Positions 15,160 through 29,447 of a stretch of DNA of 64,000 bases are shown piece after piece. The notes beneath the pieces are model-generated. The model made no database searches and was not told the origin of the DNA. It was given only the letters and a program-made list of their open reading frames with translations. This stretch comes from Octopus vulgaris (Eukaryota): positions 105,276,001-105,340,000 of the forward strand of contig OX597817.1 of NCBI GenBank assembly GCA_951406725.2. The letters are read 5' to 3'. Numbering within the stretch: position 1 is the first letter of the stretch; each line of letters opens with the position of its first letter. A program made the translations under genes and the position numbers.

Positions 15160-16445
15160 CAGGGTGCGATGGGTAAATTGTCGCCATCTTATACTTTTAA
15201 TTTCGTGTTTGTGCATTGTTTTTGATTTTGTAGACTACACAATGTAGTAGGGTCAGTTGGGTACCGCCTGTGAGAAAAACAGCGCCATGACGCAATTCAG
15301 TCTGCCAAACATTTGGAAATGACATGCTGTGCTGCTTTGCATTCGCGCCGGAAACTCCAATACGAACATTTCAGAGTGTTTGGGTGTCAATCTGAAGAGA
15401 GTGCAGAGGATTCAGAAAGAGTTGGGTGAGTCTAATGGTGATTATGAAGGTACGGCAGATCAGAAAACGCACTCTGGTCGTTCTGATAAAAGAACTCCTG
15501 AATTTGTTGGTGAGAGCCAGGCCATGATTGACAACCATCCCTCCAAGTCAATCAGGTCTATCGCCAAGGACATGGGAGTGTCTGAGTTTCTTATCAGGCA
15601 GATAGTGCATGAAGACATTCGGTATTCCTCAAACAAGATGAAAAAGGACCAATTCTTATCCTAAGCTATCAAGGACAAGAAGAATGACCGCGCTACGAAG
15701 CTTATGAACAAACACAAACATCCCCTCCAACCGAACATACTTTGGTTTTTCTCAGACGAGAAAAATTTCTGCCAGGATCAGATGGTGAACATAGAACAAC
15801 CGTTGGCTTGCCGTGTCCCCAAAATATGTACCGAGAGTAATAAAAAATCAAACATCCAGTCGACATCATGTTTGGACTGATCATTAGTGATGGTGACGTT
15901 ATGCCTCATTTCATCTTCCCACACTGCTTCGGTCTCAACAGAAGGCCTACATCAAGTACTTGGGGGATGTAGTACTGCCCTGGGTCAAGAGGGTGGCTGC
16001 TGGAAAACCTTGTGTCTGGCAACAGGACTCTGCACCATGTCACGCAAGCAGGAGAACCCAGTCATGGCTGACAGACAATTTCTGCGACCACATCGTTCCT
16101 AATATCTGTCCACCTAAACTCCTCAGACTGCAACCCCTTTGATTATTATGTGTGGGGCGCAGTTGAGCGAGAGACCAACAAAACTCCCTGTAACACCAAA
16201 TATGAACTGATGGCAAGGATTACGTCAGCTTAAACAAGGAAACCAACTTACACAAGGAGACCGTCTACAAGAATTGCAAGAGATTCCGAAGTCGCGTGGA
16301 TGCCGTGGTTGAAGCCAATGGCGATTTTATTGAATAAATTTACTCTTTAGTATTTCAAGATATTTTTATGAAATTTTAGTAAATATATCTGTTAAAATGA
16401 GATGTTAGTGTTATTTTCATTTTTGCGTAATTTAGGCAATTTATT
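15160..16445 (+). mobile_element. Tc1/mariner maT-type (DD37D) transposon, degenerate, right TIR truncated
   Basis: TA|CAGGGTGCGATGGGTAAATTGTC left end. Motifs FSDEKNF, WQQDSAPCH, PP(N)SSDCNPFDYYVWG, with 37 residues between the second and third Asp after one frameshift. Confidence 0.85.
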
Positions 16446-16464
16446 TCTTTTTCATTTTTTTTTT

Positions 16465-16695
16465 ATTTCAGTCATTTGACTGCGGCCATACTTGGGGACC
16501 ACCTTTAGTCGAACAAATCGATACTAGGACTTATTCTTTGTAAGCCTAGTACTTATTCTATCGGTCTTTTGCCAAACCGCTAAGTTACGGGAACGTAAAC
16601 ACACCACGCGATGGTGGAACAAACACATACATACACACACACATATGTACTAAATCCTCTCAGAAGGCTTTGGTCGGCCCGAGGCTATAGTAGAA
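16465..16695 (-). mobile_element. SINE family A (partial)
   Basis: Reverse complement of the SINE A 3' region. Confidence 0.75.
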
Positions 16696-16765
16696 TGCAC
16701 ATGCGCGCGCAAACACACAAATACCCATCTATTCATCCATATATATAAACATATACATATACACA

Positions 16766-16817
<52 letters not shown>

Positions 16818-17525
16818 CACACACGCACATACATACACACGTACATACATACACACGTGCATACACATATAGTGTATATAAGCATGTATGTATGTATGTA
16901 TGTATATGGATACTGTCATTATATTGGGGTTTGTCCTTTATCCGAAATAATAGAGCTTTAGCCATTGCTTTCATAATGTTATTACGTATGTATGACGTGT
17001 CACGTTTTCCCACTGCTCTGCAGTCTAGATTAGGCAAAGATCAAGGCTAGGCGTCTGGCGTCGGGAATGTTGCCAGGCACCAACACCCTTTTCTGACTAA
17101 TGGTACGCGTCCCTTCCACGAAAATCTTCACTCTGGCAAGAGAAAACTGGAGCAAGTTTTTCCCTGTCTGTTGACTATGGCAAAAGAGGTTGTGTGGTAG
17201 ACGAGGCCGAAAGTTCTCATCGACTTTTCCAAGATTCACATGGAAAGAAAGGGGAGAAGAAGCAGGATGTGCTCTCTTTCAGTAAAATTCTTCAAAGGTT
17301 AGCGTGACAGAGAGTACATGGCACATGTGATTGGATCTACCCTCAACATGCGCCTTTAAGTTGGAGATGAGAGTTGGGAAATCGTAGTTGTACTTGGTAG
17401 TCAAGATCTTCGATTTGTGGGAATCGTTGTCTTTCATCCTTTCGAGTTCGATAAAATAATCACCAGTCAAATACTGAAGGCGATGTAATCGCCTTGCTCT
17501 TTCTCTAAACTAAATTAGAAAGAAT

Positions 17526-17641
17526 TCTTCTTCTTCTTCTTCTTCTTCTTCTTCTTCTTCTTCTTCTTCTTCTTCTTCTTCTTCTTCTTCTTCTTCTTCT
17601 TCTTCTTCTTCTTCTTCTTCTTCTTCTTCTTCTTCTTCTTC
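17526..17641. repeat. (TTC)n microsatellite
   Basis: Pure TTC run at the 3' end of the LINE relic. Confidence 0.95.
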
Positions 17642-20100
17642 ACTTAACTTATGATTTATCTGTGTCTAAGTTACGTCTCAGTTCCATTACCCAGCTTAGA
17701 GATGAAACAATTTCTTCAACACATGAGCTGTTTCAAGTATTGTTGCCGAATACTTACTTAGAAGTTTGGTATTCGCAGCTTTTGATGCTAGAATATTGCT
17801 CTTTTTCAGATGGTCCCAAGTGGCCCGATTACAATAGGTGCCAAGCTCACTTCTGAGGTTCTATAGATTCTTTTCACTTCCAATCCTAGGTCTTGGTACT
17901 TCTCGAGGTTCTCGTCCACTGTCTTAATAATATCTTGGTCTGCAGGTATATATATTTCTTTACTGTCCAAAAGGGGCTAAACACAGAGGGGACAAACAAG
18001 GACAGATAAACGGATTAAGTCGATTACATCGACCTCAGTGCGTAACTGGTAGTTAATTTATCGACCCCGAAAGGGTGAAAGGCAAAGTCGACCTCGGCGG
18101 AATTTGAACTCAGAACGTAGCGGCAGACGAAATACGGCTACGCATTTCGCCCGGCGTGCTAACGCTTCTGCCAGCTCGCCGCCTTGGTTTGCAGGTATAG
18201 TTACGTCAATGCAGGTCCATTCTTTGAATTCCTTCATTGAGAGGGTGGTATCTAGTAAGTTATGTTGGAGCTTTTTGTCTGTGTATATTGGCATACTCCA
18301 TGTGAATTTCACATGATCGTTCTCTGCTACTAGCCAAGATTGGTGCTACTACCACTTGTTGGAACATTCTAACCCAAAATTCTTCCAGAACTCCCAGTGT
18401 GTTCGCACAACTACTTTGTCGTAACATTTTTGTACTCCTTTTAGGCTAGTTTTGTGTATCCACTAATTATATGTATAATTATCTCAGATGATTTTCCATA
18501 TAGTCTATACAAATGTGATGCGACTGTTTTATCAATTCTATACTTGATTGAGATAGTACGTAAAGCTTCTTGAGCATCAAGAATCAGTCCTTCCGTCTCC
18601 TTCTTTAAAAAAAAACTGTGTCTTAACCATCTCCAGAATTCTGTTTGTTGAAAAAACTCTCCACGTAGAACTTTCCTTTTTCAGTTGAATAGAGGATCTC
18701 ACCTTTTTCGCTGATCATTTTCTCACTAAGTGCAGCTTGCAACATTCTTTCATCACTATTCTTCAGAGAGGCATGCAAGGACTCGATCTCTTTCACAACA
18801 TTATCTTCTATGCCAACCGGTCCTCTTCAACCTTCCTTCCTAAGTATAGCCTTGCTACATTACTTCTAGCATGAAGGTAACCATGTATAGCCATTACGTT
18901 CCTAGTTTTTCTATCCAAGTTCTTCCTTGCCCACAAAAATAAAAGAAAAACGAAATGAACAAAATAATACATTTCCCACAGAAAACTTGCAAAAGAATAA
19001 CCTACAAAAGAAACAAACAGGATATAAATAGTAACCACGGCCTAAAAGAAAATACGAGCATTTTGACAAAACCGACTAGAAATGTCAACAGCAAGAACAA
19101 CAATCACGAGAACAATATGCATACACGTACTGCTTCGACCGAGCTTTTTGTCCTTCACAAAAAGCTCTTTAAAAGCTTTCAATATTGAAGTACGTCAATT
19201 TGTAACATTCAGTATATACTATTTAAAGACCTTCAATATGTAATAACTTGCTGAAAGATCTAAAGACTGGTAGTATTTTGTTAATCGGACTGGTGCTAGC
19301 TTACAATCAATCACAGTAGCTCTAGAGAGGAAAAAAACTAAGATATCTATGCCTTATCAATAACTAGAAGGCTTTCTAGTCTCATCCAAGTAAAGTTGAA
19401 CAGATATTTTATGTAAAATATCCTTCACTGGGAAAGGGAAGATATTTGGCGTTACATGTGTCATCTTTAAAACAGAACGAGTAAAAGCACAAGCCCAAAA
19501 GTATGCAACACACCGGGCCAGAAGCTGTTTCCGCAGTACTTGGAAAGGAGGAACACAAGGGTCACTGTCAGGGACATCAGTGATGAGTCGACCCCTAACA
19601 AGTGCTAGTTGTCACCTCTGTAGCACACTGTTGCCATGTAGTTAGTGCAGATATAATATTGGGTGATGTGTGGTCAGGTAAGTTTACCATAAACATATTA
19701 GTATGCATGACTCCACAAAACTACACCAGAAATGTGTCCTGTTGAGGGCACTAAAATGAAGATCTTAAAATTCATCATCCAACGCTACTATAAAAGCTGG
19801 AGCAAAACCAATTTAAGGAATTTATGCACAGAAATTCTAATGGAATAAAAGCAACAGCATTAAATCACTCCTAAGGTGATGTCAAGCACAACTCGTGAGT
19901 CGAAAACAATATTTCTTCGTTCTCATGACCAGGAGCGAACCATGAAGTCCCCCTAAACCCCTCTCCCAACCACAAACAGCCAGGACAAGGTGAGTCACCT
20001 ACAGCAACAAAAATAATAGCTAGTACTAAACGACCAGGAAGTACCACTTATAGCAGTACAACCTCAATCGCTTATAAGGATGAGAACCAGTCGATGGGGA
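17642..20100 (-). pseudogene. Degenerate R4/Dong-like (RLE) non-LTR retrotransposon relic with large internal deletion
   Basis: LDRKTRNVMAIHGYLHARSNVARLYLGRK, WTCIDVTIPA and EKYQDLGLEVKRI motifs parallel the element at 34.5-38.4 kb. The 5' boundary is approximate. Confidence 0.65.
17951..18183 (-). mobile_element. SINE family B, full length, with 16-bp TSD
   Basis: TSD ttggt(c/t)tgcaggtata at 17935-17950 and 18184-18199. It interrupts the LINE relic. Confidence 0.9.
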
Positions 20101-20664
20101 TACACACACTTCCTAAAAAAAAAAGCAAAAAAAAACGGAAGAAGCAACGGAAAATTTTTTTTTTAAAGCTATGAAAATCCAAATTGAGTATACTGTCTTT
20201 GTTAAAGAACCTACATCTTATTAAGGAGGACTGGTATTGTTTCTATAAAAAGCTCTGCTAAAACAATTTCCGTGGATGCTATGAAGATAAACTGCATTGC
20301 GTTTATCTTCATAACAGACATGACTCATGATTACTACGGAATTGTTCAAACAACAGTTAATTATGAAATATAAATAGTATCACAAATTCGAATCATTACT
20401 TTATATTGGGTGTGTGTGTGCGTGCGCGCGCATTTGTGTAACACTCAACTGGTAGAGTGTTACTGGTAGAGTGTAACACTCAACTGGTAGAGTGGGAAGC
20501 CTTATTCATTTGAAAAGAAATACTCATTTTCTCAGCACAGCTCCCAGTAATCGCTTTTTGATAACATTCTTTTTGTCACGTTGATATAAGCATCAGTGTA
20601 AATTTCAGATTATTTCAATGACTTTCTCAAGCTAGTCTATGTATGTTTCTTCCGTTTACTTGAC

Positions 20665-20895
20665 GTGAGATTATTCCAAAAGGAGTTGATTTTATTTTCA
20701 TTAATAAATTGTTTTGTGAAACTTCTTTTAACTTCTTTTAAATCCAAGGATTTTTGCTCTGTCAGAACCGTTTTCTCTTGAAATGAGATTATTCTAAAAG
20801 GAGTTGACGATTTTCTTTTCATTAATAGATTGTTTTGTGAAACTTCTTTTAATTCTTAAAGCCAAGGTTTTTTTTTTTGTTCTGTCAGAACCCTT
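20665..20895. repeat. ~120-bp direct tandem duplication
   Basis: tgagattatt..aaaaggagttga..ttttcattaata.attgttttgtgaaacttc..ctgtcagaacc occurs twice. Confidence 0.8.
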
Positions 20896-22476
20896 TTTTC
20901 TACTCACTATTTCATGTATTGTAAAGTCCTACATTGTAAATGACATCTGCAGTGTCTTTCAGCCATTGTTTTAATTGTCCGGTGTTTATATCGCCAGCTA
21001 AAACAAATCCACGTTGTGTTCGACGGTGATAAGCATTTACTTCCTGTGGCCATTAAATATAGAGAGCTTACACTTTCTAATAACATCAGAAAACTATGAA
21101 AATGGTTCCTGATTTAGACACAAAGCCTGCAATTTTTGGAGGAGGAAGTTAGTCGATACCATAAATCCCAGTACTTGACCTCTACAACATTTTATGAACC
21201 TCAAAAGGATGAAGGTTGATTCTGATCTTAGCGGAATTTGAACTCAAACTATTAGAACTTTCACATGACATTTTATCCGACGCTCCGATGATTTTGCAAA
21301 TCAAACGCTCAGAAAAATTTGTTACATCGTCTGCAGGATTTGCACGTGTTTGCTGTAAACCGTGGAGCTATACTTTTTAACACGGTGATAAGGCCTGAGA
21401 TTTTGATTGGAGGTCAGTTAATAACATCGATCCCAGTACTTCATTGGTGCTGTATCTTGATAGGATGATTGATAAAGTTGACCTCTGTTAGATTTGAACT
21501 CAAATACAATCTCGAATGGAAATTAATAATTCGCAAAAATCTTAATAAGTTAGAAAAACAAATTCGGGGGAAGGAAACAAAAATGAAAATATTAAAATAA
21601 AAACAAATTCATTAGAGATTAAAATAAAACTGTGATTAAGCTAGCTGCAGCACTTGGCATTCGTTTGGTCATATTCATACGTAATATATTTTTATTGAGC
21701 TGTAGGACTCATAAGGCCAGTCACCAGGGTTTCACGGCGTATAAGTGACCGAGATAACAACATTTCCCCTGAAAAGGATACCGGTCCGTTTCAGTGTTCA
21801 AGGCCAGCAATTTTCAGGGGTAGCAGCAAGTCGATTACATCGACCTCAGCACTTGACTAGTATTGTATTTTATCTTCCCCTCGAAGGGATGAAAAACAAA
21901 AAAACCAACAGCGGTGAGACTCGGACTGAGAAAGTAATGTGCCAGAAGAAAAGTCGGCAATATTGTGCTCCTCGATGGGTTAACGATTATAAAATAAATA
22001 CAATCACATCTTTTGGGTAAGAAATGAGAAAAACATGAAATAACGGGTGGGGGTGGGGAATAAATTCATTCGCTTTACAAAAGGTTGACAAATCAATTTC
22101 TTTTAAATATTCAAAATGCTTTATAAAATGAAACGGATTGTGTCAGAAAGAAAATTCAAACTAAAATTTCATTAAATTTAAAATATATAATCCAAGTGTA
22201 CAATGAAAGACTTTCATTGCTACAGTCCTTCTTTCTTTCTTTCTTTCTTTCCTTTTTGCAAAGAAAATTTATTCGGATTCTGATTTAAATATGATTTTGT
22301 GGAAAGAAAGAAAGAAAGAACATTCATAAATTCTATTTTTTTAACTTTCAACCTTACTCCTAAATCTACTGTCTCAAACCCTAACATTTAACTGTAAGAT
22401 TTATAGAAACCTGTAAAACGTTTCTTAAGAAAACAACAACAAAGAAAAATTATGTGCAGAATTCACACTACAGGCC

Positions 22477-22558
<82 letters not shown>

Positions 22559-22751
22559 GTAATAATAAGAACCACAAGTCGTGTTAAGTACAGCTATCCA
22601 TTTATTCTGCCATTTTTCAATTGGCGAAATAAGTATTTCGACCACGAAACCCTGAGTGGCTGTAGTTAACAAGACTTGTAAATTTCATTGTAATATCATA
22701 CTTACGCCCTCAGCTGATTGCGTGCTATCCTACTTGTTGAAGCCTTACCAC

Positions 22752-22809
<58 letters not shown>

Positions 22810-23261
22810 CGCTAATAATAATATTAATGATAATAATAATAATATGATCTTAACTGATTGGAAGTGTTATCATGTACATTGTTTTGTCTTGGCATAAAAG
22901 ATGGGCTGCAGCAAATATTCTGCTCAATACCACAGATTTGCTTGTCAGTTGTTTGACCTTAACCAGTTGAGGTCCCTTAGTGGCTGACGATATGTGCATC
23001 TCTGATCATGAGCAGAAGTAGTGAGGGAGCATCATAGCCGTGTGTTGAGAGGAATTCTTGGAGGTTTGGATAATTCACTTTTGGAAACATGGGTGGTTCG
23101 CTCAACATCCTTAAACAATCCTTATTCAGGGACCTTTTGAGCGGGATGGGCTACTCGACCAGAAGAAAATTGTAACTGGGACCCACATGCAAGGTCATGT
23201 GCTGTTTATCTTGATATGAGGTCAACATGTCGCGTACATATGGTTGTGATGCATGCGCCTG

Positions 23262-23460
23262 GTCGGGCGAAATGCTTAGCGGTATTTCAGCTGCCGCTAC
23301 GTTCTGAGTTCAAATTCCGCCGATGTCGACTTTGCCTTTCATCCTTTCGGGGTCGATAAATAAAGTACCAGTTTCGCACCGGGGTCGATGTAATCGACTT
23401 AATCCCTTTGTCCTTGTTTGTCCCCTCTATGTTTAGCCCCTTGTGGGCAATAAAGAAATA
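23262..23460 (+). mobile_element. SINE family B (5'-truncated)
   Basis: Matches the SINE B body and tail. Confidence 0.85.
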
Positions 23461-23464
23461 TATA

Positions 23465-23653
23465 TTCTCTTTACTCTTTTACTCTTTTACTTGTTTCAGT
23501 CATTTGACTGCGGCCATGCTGGAGCACCACCTTTTAGTACTTATTCTATCGGTCTCTTTTTGCCGAACCGCTAAGTGACGGGGACGTAAACACACCAGCA
23601 TCGGTTGTCAAGCAATGCTAGTGGGACAAACACAGACACACAAACACACACAC

Positions 23654-23691
<38 letters not shown>

Positions 23692-23853
23692 GACAGGCTT
23701 CTTTCAGTTTCCGTCTACCAAATCCACTCACAAGGCATTGGTCGGCCCGGGGCTATAGCAGAAGACACTTGCCCAAGATGCCACGCAGTGGGACTGAACC
23801 CACAACCGTGTGGTTGGTTAGCAAGCTACTTACCACACAGCCACTCCTGCGCC
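23465..23853 (-). mobile_element. SINE family A
   Basis: Reverse complement of 25949-26349. Confidence 0.9.
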
Positions 23854-23854
23854 T

Positions 23855-23983
23855 ATTTTCAACGGATTTCGCCCAAAAATGTCGTCGATGTTATTAGTTG
23901 TTACTTAGTTTGGTTTGAAATAAAGAACTTGATTAGCTTAATAATCCTAACTTAATCCCGGGCAAAGCCGGGTTATACTGCTA

Positions 23984-23984
<1 letters not shown>
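23855..23984 (+). mobile_element. Helitron 3' end fragment
   Basis: GC hairpin cccgg-gcaaag-ccggg followed by ttatactgCTAG|T, the same terminus type as 50404-50431. Confidence 0.6.
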
Positions 23985-24014
<30 letters not shown>

Positions 24015-24019
<5 letters not shown>

Positions 24020-24245
24020 CTTTACTACCCACAAGGGGCTAAACACAGAGGAGACAAACAAGGACAGACAAAGGTATTAAGTCGATTACATCGACCCCAG
24101 TGCGTAACTGGTACTTAATTTATCGACCCCGGAAGGATGAAAGGCAAAGTCGACCTCGGCGGAATTTGAACTCGGAACGTAACGGCAGACGAAATACGGC
24201 AACGCATTTCGCCCGGCGTGCTAACGTTTCTGCCAGCTCGCCGCC
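24015..24245 (-). mobile_element. SINE family B, full length
   Basis: ggcggcgagctggcagaaacgttagc head with a B-box-like gagttcaaattcc. Near-identical to 17951-18183. Confidence 0.9.
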
Positions 24246-24247
24246 TT

Positions 24248-24913
<666 letters not shown>

Positions 24914-24914
24914 A

Positions 24915-25946
24915 GCGTTCATCACTTCACCTCGTTATGGCTTAACAACCCTTACCGTTTGTTTTTACTGTTTTGTTCTTACTGACCTTTTTTGTTGCCA
25001 CTTTAGCCCTCCACAAAATCCCAAATTATATTTAATTTGCTTTGCAGGAACGACTGTTTTAACGAAGTCGCGTCTTGTTCCAACGTTCGAAATGCGGAGT
25101 AGATAAAACAAGGGACAACTGAAGAAAGGAATTGTTCTTTATATTGCCTGTCTCATTTTTCTATTTGTTTCTTTCGTTGTTCGAAAAAATTATTCGTTTT
25201 CCGTGTTTTTGTTTTTTTTATATTCTCGCTTTTCATTTTGTTCACGTTTTTTTTACGTCGTGTACCCATATATGCATGTATATATACATATGTAGGTAGG
25301 TATGTACATATATGTATGTATATATGCATATATATATATATATTATTTATAATATTATATGATCGAATGCCATGCATCCATTTCCAAGTATATTTTATCT
25401 TAATAATTATGATGCACACTCTACAACTATCTCTATTCTCCCGCTATTATTTTTTCTTTTTTTCTGTTTGTCTTCTCCTCCCCCTCACTGTTCTCTTTCT
25501 CGCCCTCTTTCTCCCCCACTCTTCCTCCTTGACTCTCTCGTTGCTCACACGTGACCAGCGTCTTTCTTTCTTCTTCTTACTTTACAAGAGACAAGACACA
25601 CTTTTGCCTGTCTCCTGTCAAAACTCATTTCTCCAGCGTACACCACTTCGCCTTGTATAGCTTAACAGTCCTTACGGTTTGTTTTTACTGCTATGTTCTT
25701 ACTGTCCTATTTTTGTTACCACTGTAACCCTCCGAAAAAAATCCTAAATTTTATTTAATTTGCTTTAACGAAGTCGCGTCTTGTACCAACGTTCGAAATG
25801 CAGAGTAGATAAAACAGGAGACAACTGATGAAAAGATTGTTCTTTATATTGCCTGTCTCGTTTCTCTATTTGTTTCTTTTGTTGTTCGAAAAAAAAGTGT
25901 TTTCCATGTTTTTGTTTTTTCATGTTCTCGTTTTTCATTTTGTTCA
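24915..25946. repeat. Two ~300-bp direct repeats (24915-25245 and 25640-25946)
   Basis: Shared cacttc.cct.gt..gcttaaca..cctt and ttaacgaagtcgcgtcttgt.ccaacgttcgaaatgc..ggacaactga.gaaag blocks. Confidence 0.75.
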
Positions 25947-25948
25947 CA

Positions 25949-26349
25949 GGCACAGGAGTGGTTGTGTGGTAAGGAGCTTGCTTACCAACCACATGGTTCC
26001 GGGTTCAGTCACACTGCGTGTCACCTTGGGCAAGTGTCTTCTACTATAGCCTCGGTCCGACCAAAGCCTTGTGAGTGGATTTGGTAGACGGAGACTGAAA
26101 GAAACCCGTCGTATATATGTATAAATATATATATGTGTGTGTATATGTTTGTCTTCTGTGCTTGTCCCTCCAACATCGCTTGACAACCGATGCTGGTGCT
26201 TTTACGTCCCCGTAACTTAGCGGTTCGGCAAAAGAGACCCGATAGAATAAGTACTAGGCTTACAAAGAATAAGTCCTGTGTCGATTTGCTTAACTGAAGG
26301 CGGTGCTCCATCATGGCCGTAGTCAAATGACTGAAACAAGTAAAAGAAT
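25949..26349 (+). mobile_element. tRNA-derived SINE family A, full length (octopus OK/OR-type)
   Basis: tRNA-like head (gtggttgtgtggtaag..ccgggttcagtc), internal microsatellite and a conserved tail gcagtcaaatgactgaaacaagtaaaaga. More than 10 copies or fragments in the window. Confidence 0.9.
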
Positions 26350-26501
26350 ATATATATATATATATAAGAAAATAGTAAAGTGTGAAAAAACGACAGAAGG
26401 CTTAAATGTTAAAAGATATATATATTTGTGTCAAAATGTCTGGAGAATATTGGAAAAAATTTTTTTCCTTTCCTTAAAATGACATAATTTTTAAATTTTT
26501 A

Positions 26502-26541
26502 AAGAAATTACCGGTTTCGCGTGTAGCTTTTCAAATTTCTT
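26502..26541 (-). ncRNA. Minimal type I hammerhead, U3-A8 variant (inverted copy)
   Basis: Reverse complement of 28943-28982. Confidence 0.75.
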
Positions 26542-26676
26542 GTGACGTTATGTTTATATTGCATGGATTTATCGTTGTTTTTATTTCCAGGAGATTTCTA
26601 AATAAGGGGAGGTAGTGAGTGATTTTTTCCGGTGTAGGGGAGATAATCGCTTAAAAATTTTTTTCCCATTTCCTTG

Positions 26677-28300
26677 TTAATTTCTCTGTGTCAGTATGTT
26701 CGGATGGTTGAGTCTGGGTTTGTACTTTTCAATGAAGAATGTTTCCTTGTTCAGTCTCATTTGTGTTGATGATCCGAAAGCACATTGGTAAAATGGGAAG
26801 ATTAAAAATTGTGGCAGTAGTTGCTTTGCGCATTTCTCAATGTGCTCACTAAAAGGTATCATTCTATATTCTGGGAATGCAATCTGTTGTCGATGCAGTG
26901 TGCATCTGCGCCTGAGTGATAGTCCCGTGGAACCCACGTAGTCTTGGTGGCAGCCCGAGCATTTAATAACATAAATTATGTTTTCAGAGGCACAAGTAAA
27001 GTTAGATTTGATCTTAAATTTCTGTCCTTCTTTAAAGAAGAATTCTGATCCTTCCAATAGGTTAGGACATGTTGCACAGTTCGATCTACCACATTTTTTT
27101 ACTTTTGCATCCGTAATTTTAGAAGACAATTTTGCCTTTGTGAGAATCTTTTTAAGTGATTTAGGCTGTTTGTAGCTTTTAATGATTTGGTGTATGTTTA
27201 GAATTTCCCTTAATTTTGGGTTTTTATGAAGTATTGGTAAATTCTGGGTGATGATGGTGAAGGCTTCTTTGTTTCTGGGGTTGTATGTAGATATGTAAGG
27301 TAGTATTTTCGGGGAAGGTGTGTTGTTGTGTTGAACTTTTCTTAAAGTTTCTATGTTGATTTCTGTTGCACGTCTGATCCCATCCTCTATGAGTTGAGCT
27401 GGGTAATGTCTGTCAATTAGGGTGTTTTTGAGTTCTTGCAGTCTAAAGTTCCTGGTATTTTGTTCTGACACTATTGTGCATATCCTTCTTGCAAGGTTGA
27501 AGGGTATGTTTGTTTTAGTGTGTCTTGGGTGGCATGAATTAAAAAGAAGGTATTGTTTGGCGTCTGTGGCTTTGTAAAAAATGTCTGTTTCTATTTTAAG
27601 GTTAATTTTTTTAATTAGTATATCCAAGAACGGGAGCTCCTTTTGGTTGTATTCCATTGTGAACTGTATATTTGGGTTTATGCTGTTCAATAGGTTTTTA
27701 AATTTTAGGAGTTTATCTATGTTTTCATTCCAGAGAATGAAACAATCGTCTAGGAATCGTTTCCAATTCTCTTTTATGTATTGAGAGAGGGAGTTTCCAA
27801 AGATTGATAGAGATTCCTGGTAAATGATTATTTCCATGTATCCCATTGTTAAGTTCGCAATGACTGGTGCTGCCCTTGTACCCATAGCAATTCCGGATTT
27901 TTGACGGTAAAATGTATTGTCAAACATGAAGTGGTTATTGTGTAGGATGAATTCAATTGATTTAGTAATGAATTCCTTACTGATCCTTTTTGGTATTTCT
28001 TCCGGAAATTGGTCTAACCAGAATTGTATTGCCTCCAGTCCATAATTATGAGGTATACTGGTATACAAGTTGACTACATCAAATGAAACCAGGATTGTTT
28101 CTTCCTTGGTTTTTTTTGGAAGGTGGTTTAACATATCTAAGTCATCTCTGATATGGCTATCGATATGTTTAAGGAAGGGTTTCAAGAGGATGTCCATAAG
28201 TAGACTTAGTCTGTGTGTTTCACAGGTTGGGCCAGCTACAATGGGTCGTAGTTTTAGGTCCCCCGGATTAGGTGTGTGTATGTATGTCTTTGGTGATTTT
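26677..28300 (-). CDS. PLE RT + GIY-YIG endonuclease (5'-truncated, frame open)
   Basis: LRPIVAG, SFDVVNLYTSIP, GIAMGT, RFLDD, LPFLDI, YKATD, CGRSNCATC linker, NIIYVIKC...YVGSTG. Confidence 0.9.
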
Positions 28301-28353
28301 TTAAAAGCTACAAACAGCCTAAATCACTTAAAAAGATTCTCACAAAGGCAAAA

Positions 28354-28806
28354 TTGTCTTCTAAAATTACGGATGCAAAAGTAAAAAAATGTGGTAGATC
28401 GAACTGTGCAACATGTCCTAACCTATTGGAAGGATCAGAATTCTTCTTTAAAGAAGGACAGAAATTTAAGATCAAATCTAACTTTACTTGTGCCTCTGAA
28501 AACATAATTTATGTTATTAAATGCTCGGGCTGCCACCAAGACTACGTGGGTTCCACGGGACTATCACTCAGGCGCAGATGCACACTGCATCGACAACAGA
28601 TTGCATTCCCAGAATATAGAATGATACCTTTTAGTGAGCACATTGAGAAATGCGCAAAGCAACTACTGCCACAATTTTTAATCTTCCCATTTTACCAATG
28701 TGCTTTCGGATCATCAACACAAATGAGACTGAACAAGGAAACATTCTTCATTGAAAAGTACAAACCCAGACTCAACCATCCGAACATACTGACACAGAGA
28801 AATTAA
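28354..28806 (+). pseudogene. Inverted duplicate of the PLE GIY-YIG domain
   Basis: Identical peptide to the C-terminal ~150 aa of 26677-28197. Confidence 0.9.
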
Positions 28807-28942
28807 CAAGGAAATGGGAAAAAAATTTTTTAAGCGATTATCTCCCCTACACCGGAAAAAATCACTCACTACCTCCCCTTATTTAGAAATCTCCTGGAAA
28901 TAAAAACAACGATAAATCCATGCAATATAAACATAACGTCAC

Positions 28943-28982
28943 AAGAAATTTGAAAAGCTACACGCGAAACCGGTAATTTCTT
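28943..28982 (+). ncRNA. Minimal type I hammerhead, U3-A8 variant
   Basis: aagaaat-TTGAAAA-GC-tacac-GC-GAA-ACCGGT-A-atttctt: 7-bp stem I, 2-bp stem II, palindromic stem III, GUA cleavage triplet. Lies in the PLE 3' UTR. Confidence 0.75.
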
Positions 28983-29156
28983 TAAAAATTTAAAAATTAT
29001 GTCATTTTAAGGAAAGGAAAAAAATTTTTCCAATATTCTCCAGACATTTTGACACAAATATATATATCTTTTAACATTTAAGCCTTCTGTCGTTTTTTCA
29101 CACTTTACTATTTTCTTATATATTCACCCACGTGCTTTACCAAACAAACTTTCTTA

Positions 29157-29263
<107 letters not shown>

Positions 29264-29310
29264 GTATGTATATATGCATATATATATATTATATATATAC
29301 ATATATATAT

Positions 29311-29362
<52 letters not shown>

Positions 29363-29369
29363 GTATATG

Positions 29370-29443
<74 letters not shown>

Positions 29444-29447
<4 letters not shown>

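Noticed and set aside
17000-17420. Possible L1/Tx1 ORF1 fragment (HVEGR..)
   Set aside because: Too degenerate to support as a feature.
20280-20313. 13-bp-stem hairpin tatgaagataaac..gtttatcttcata
   Set aside because: Short, AT-rich and without supporting context.
25080-25200. Hammerhead in the 24.9/25.7 kb direct repeats (CGAAA..CTGAAGA/CTGATGA)
   Set aside because: I could not build the stems or a cleavage triplet in any topology.
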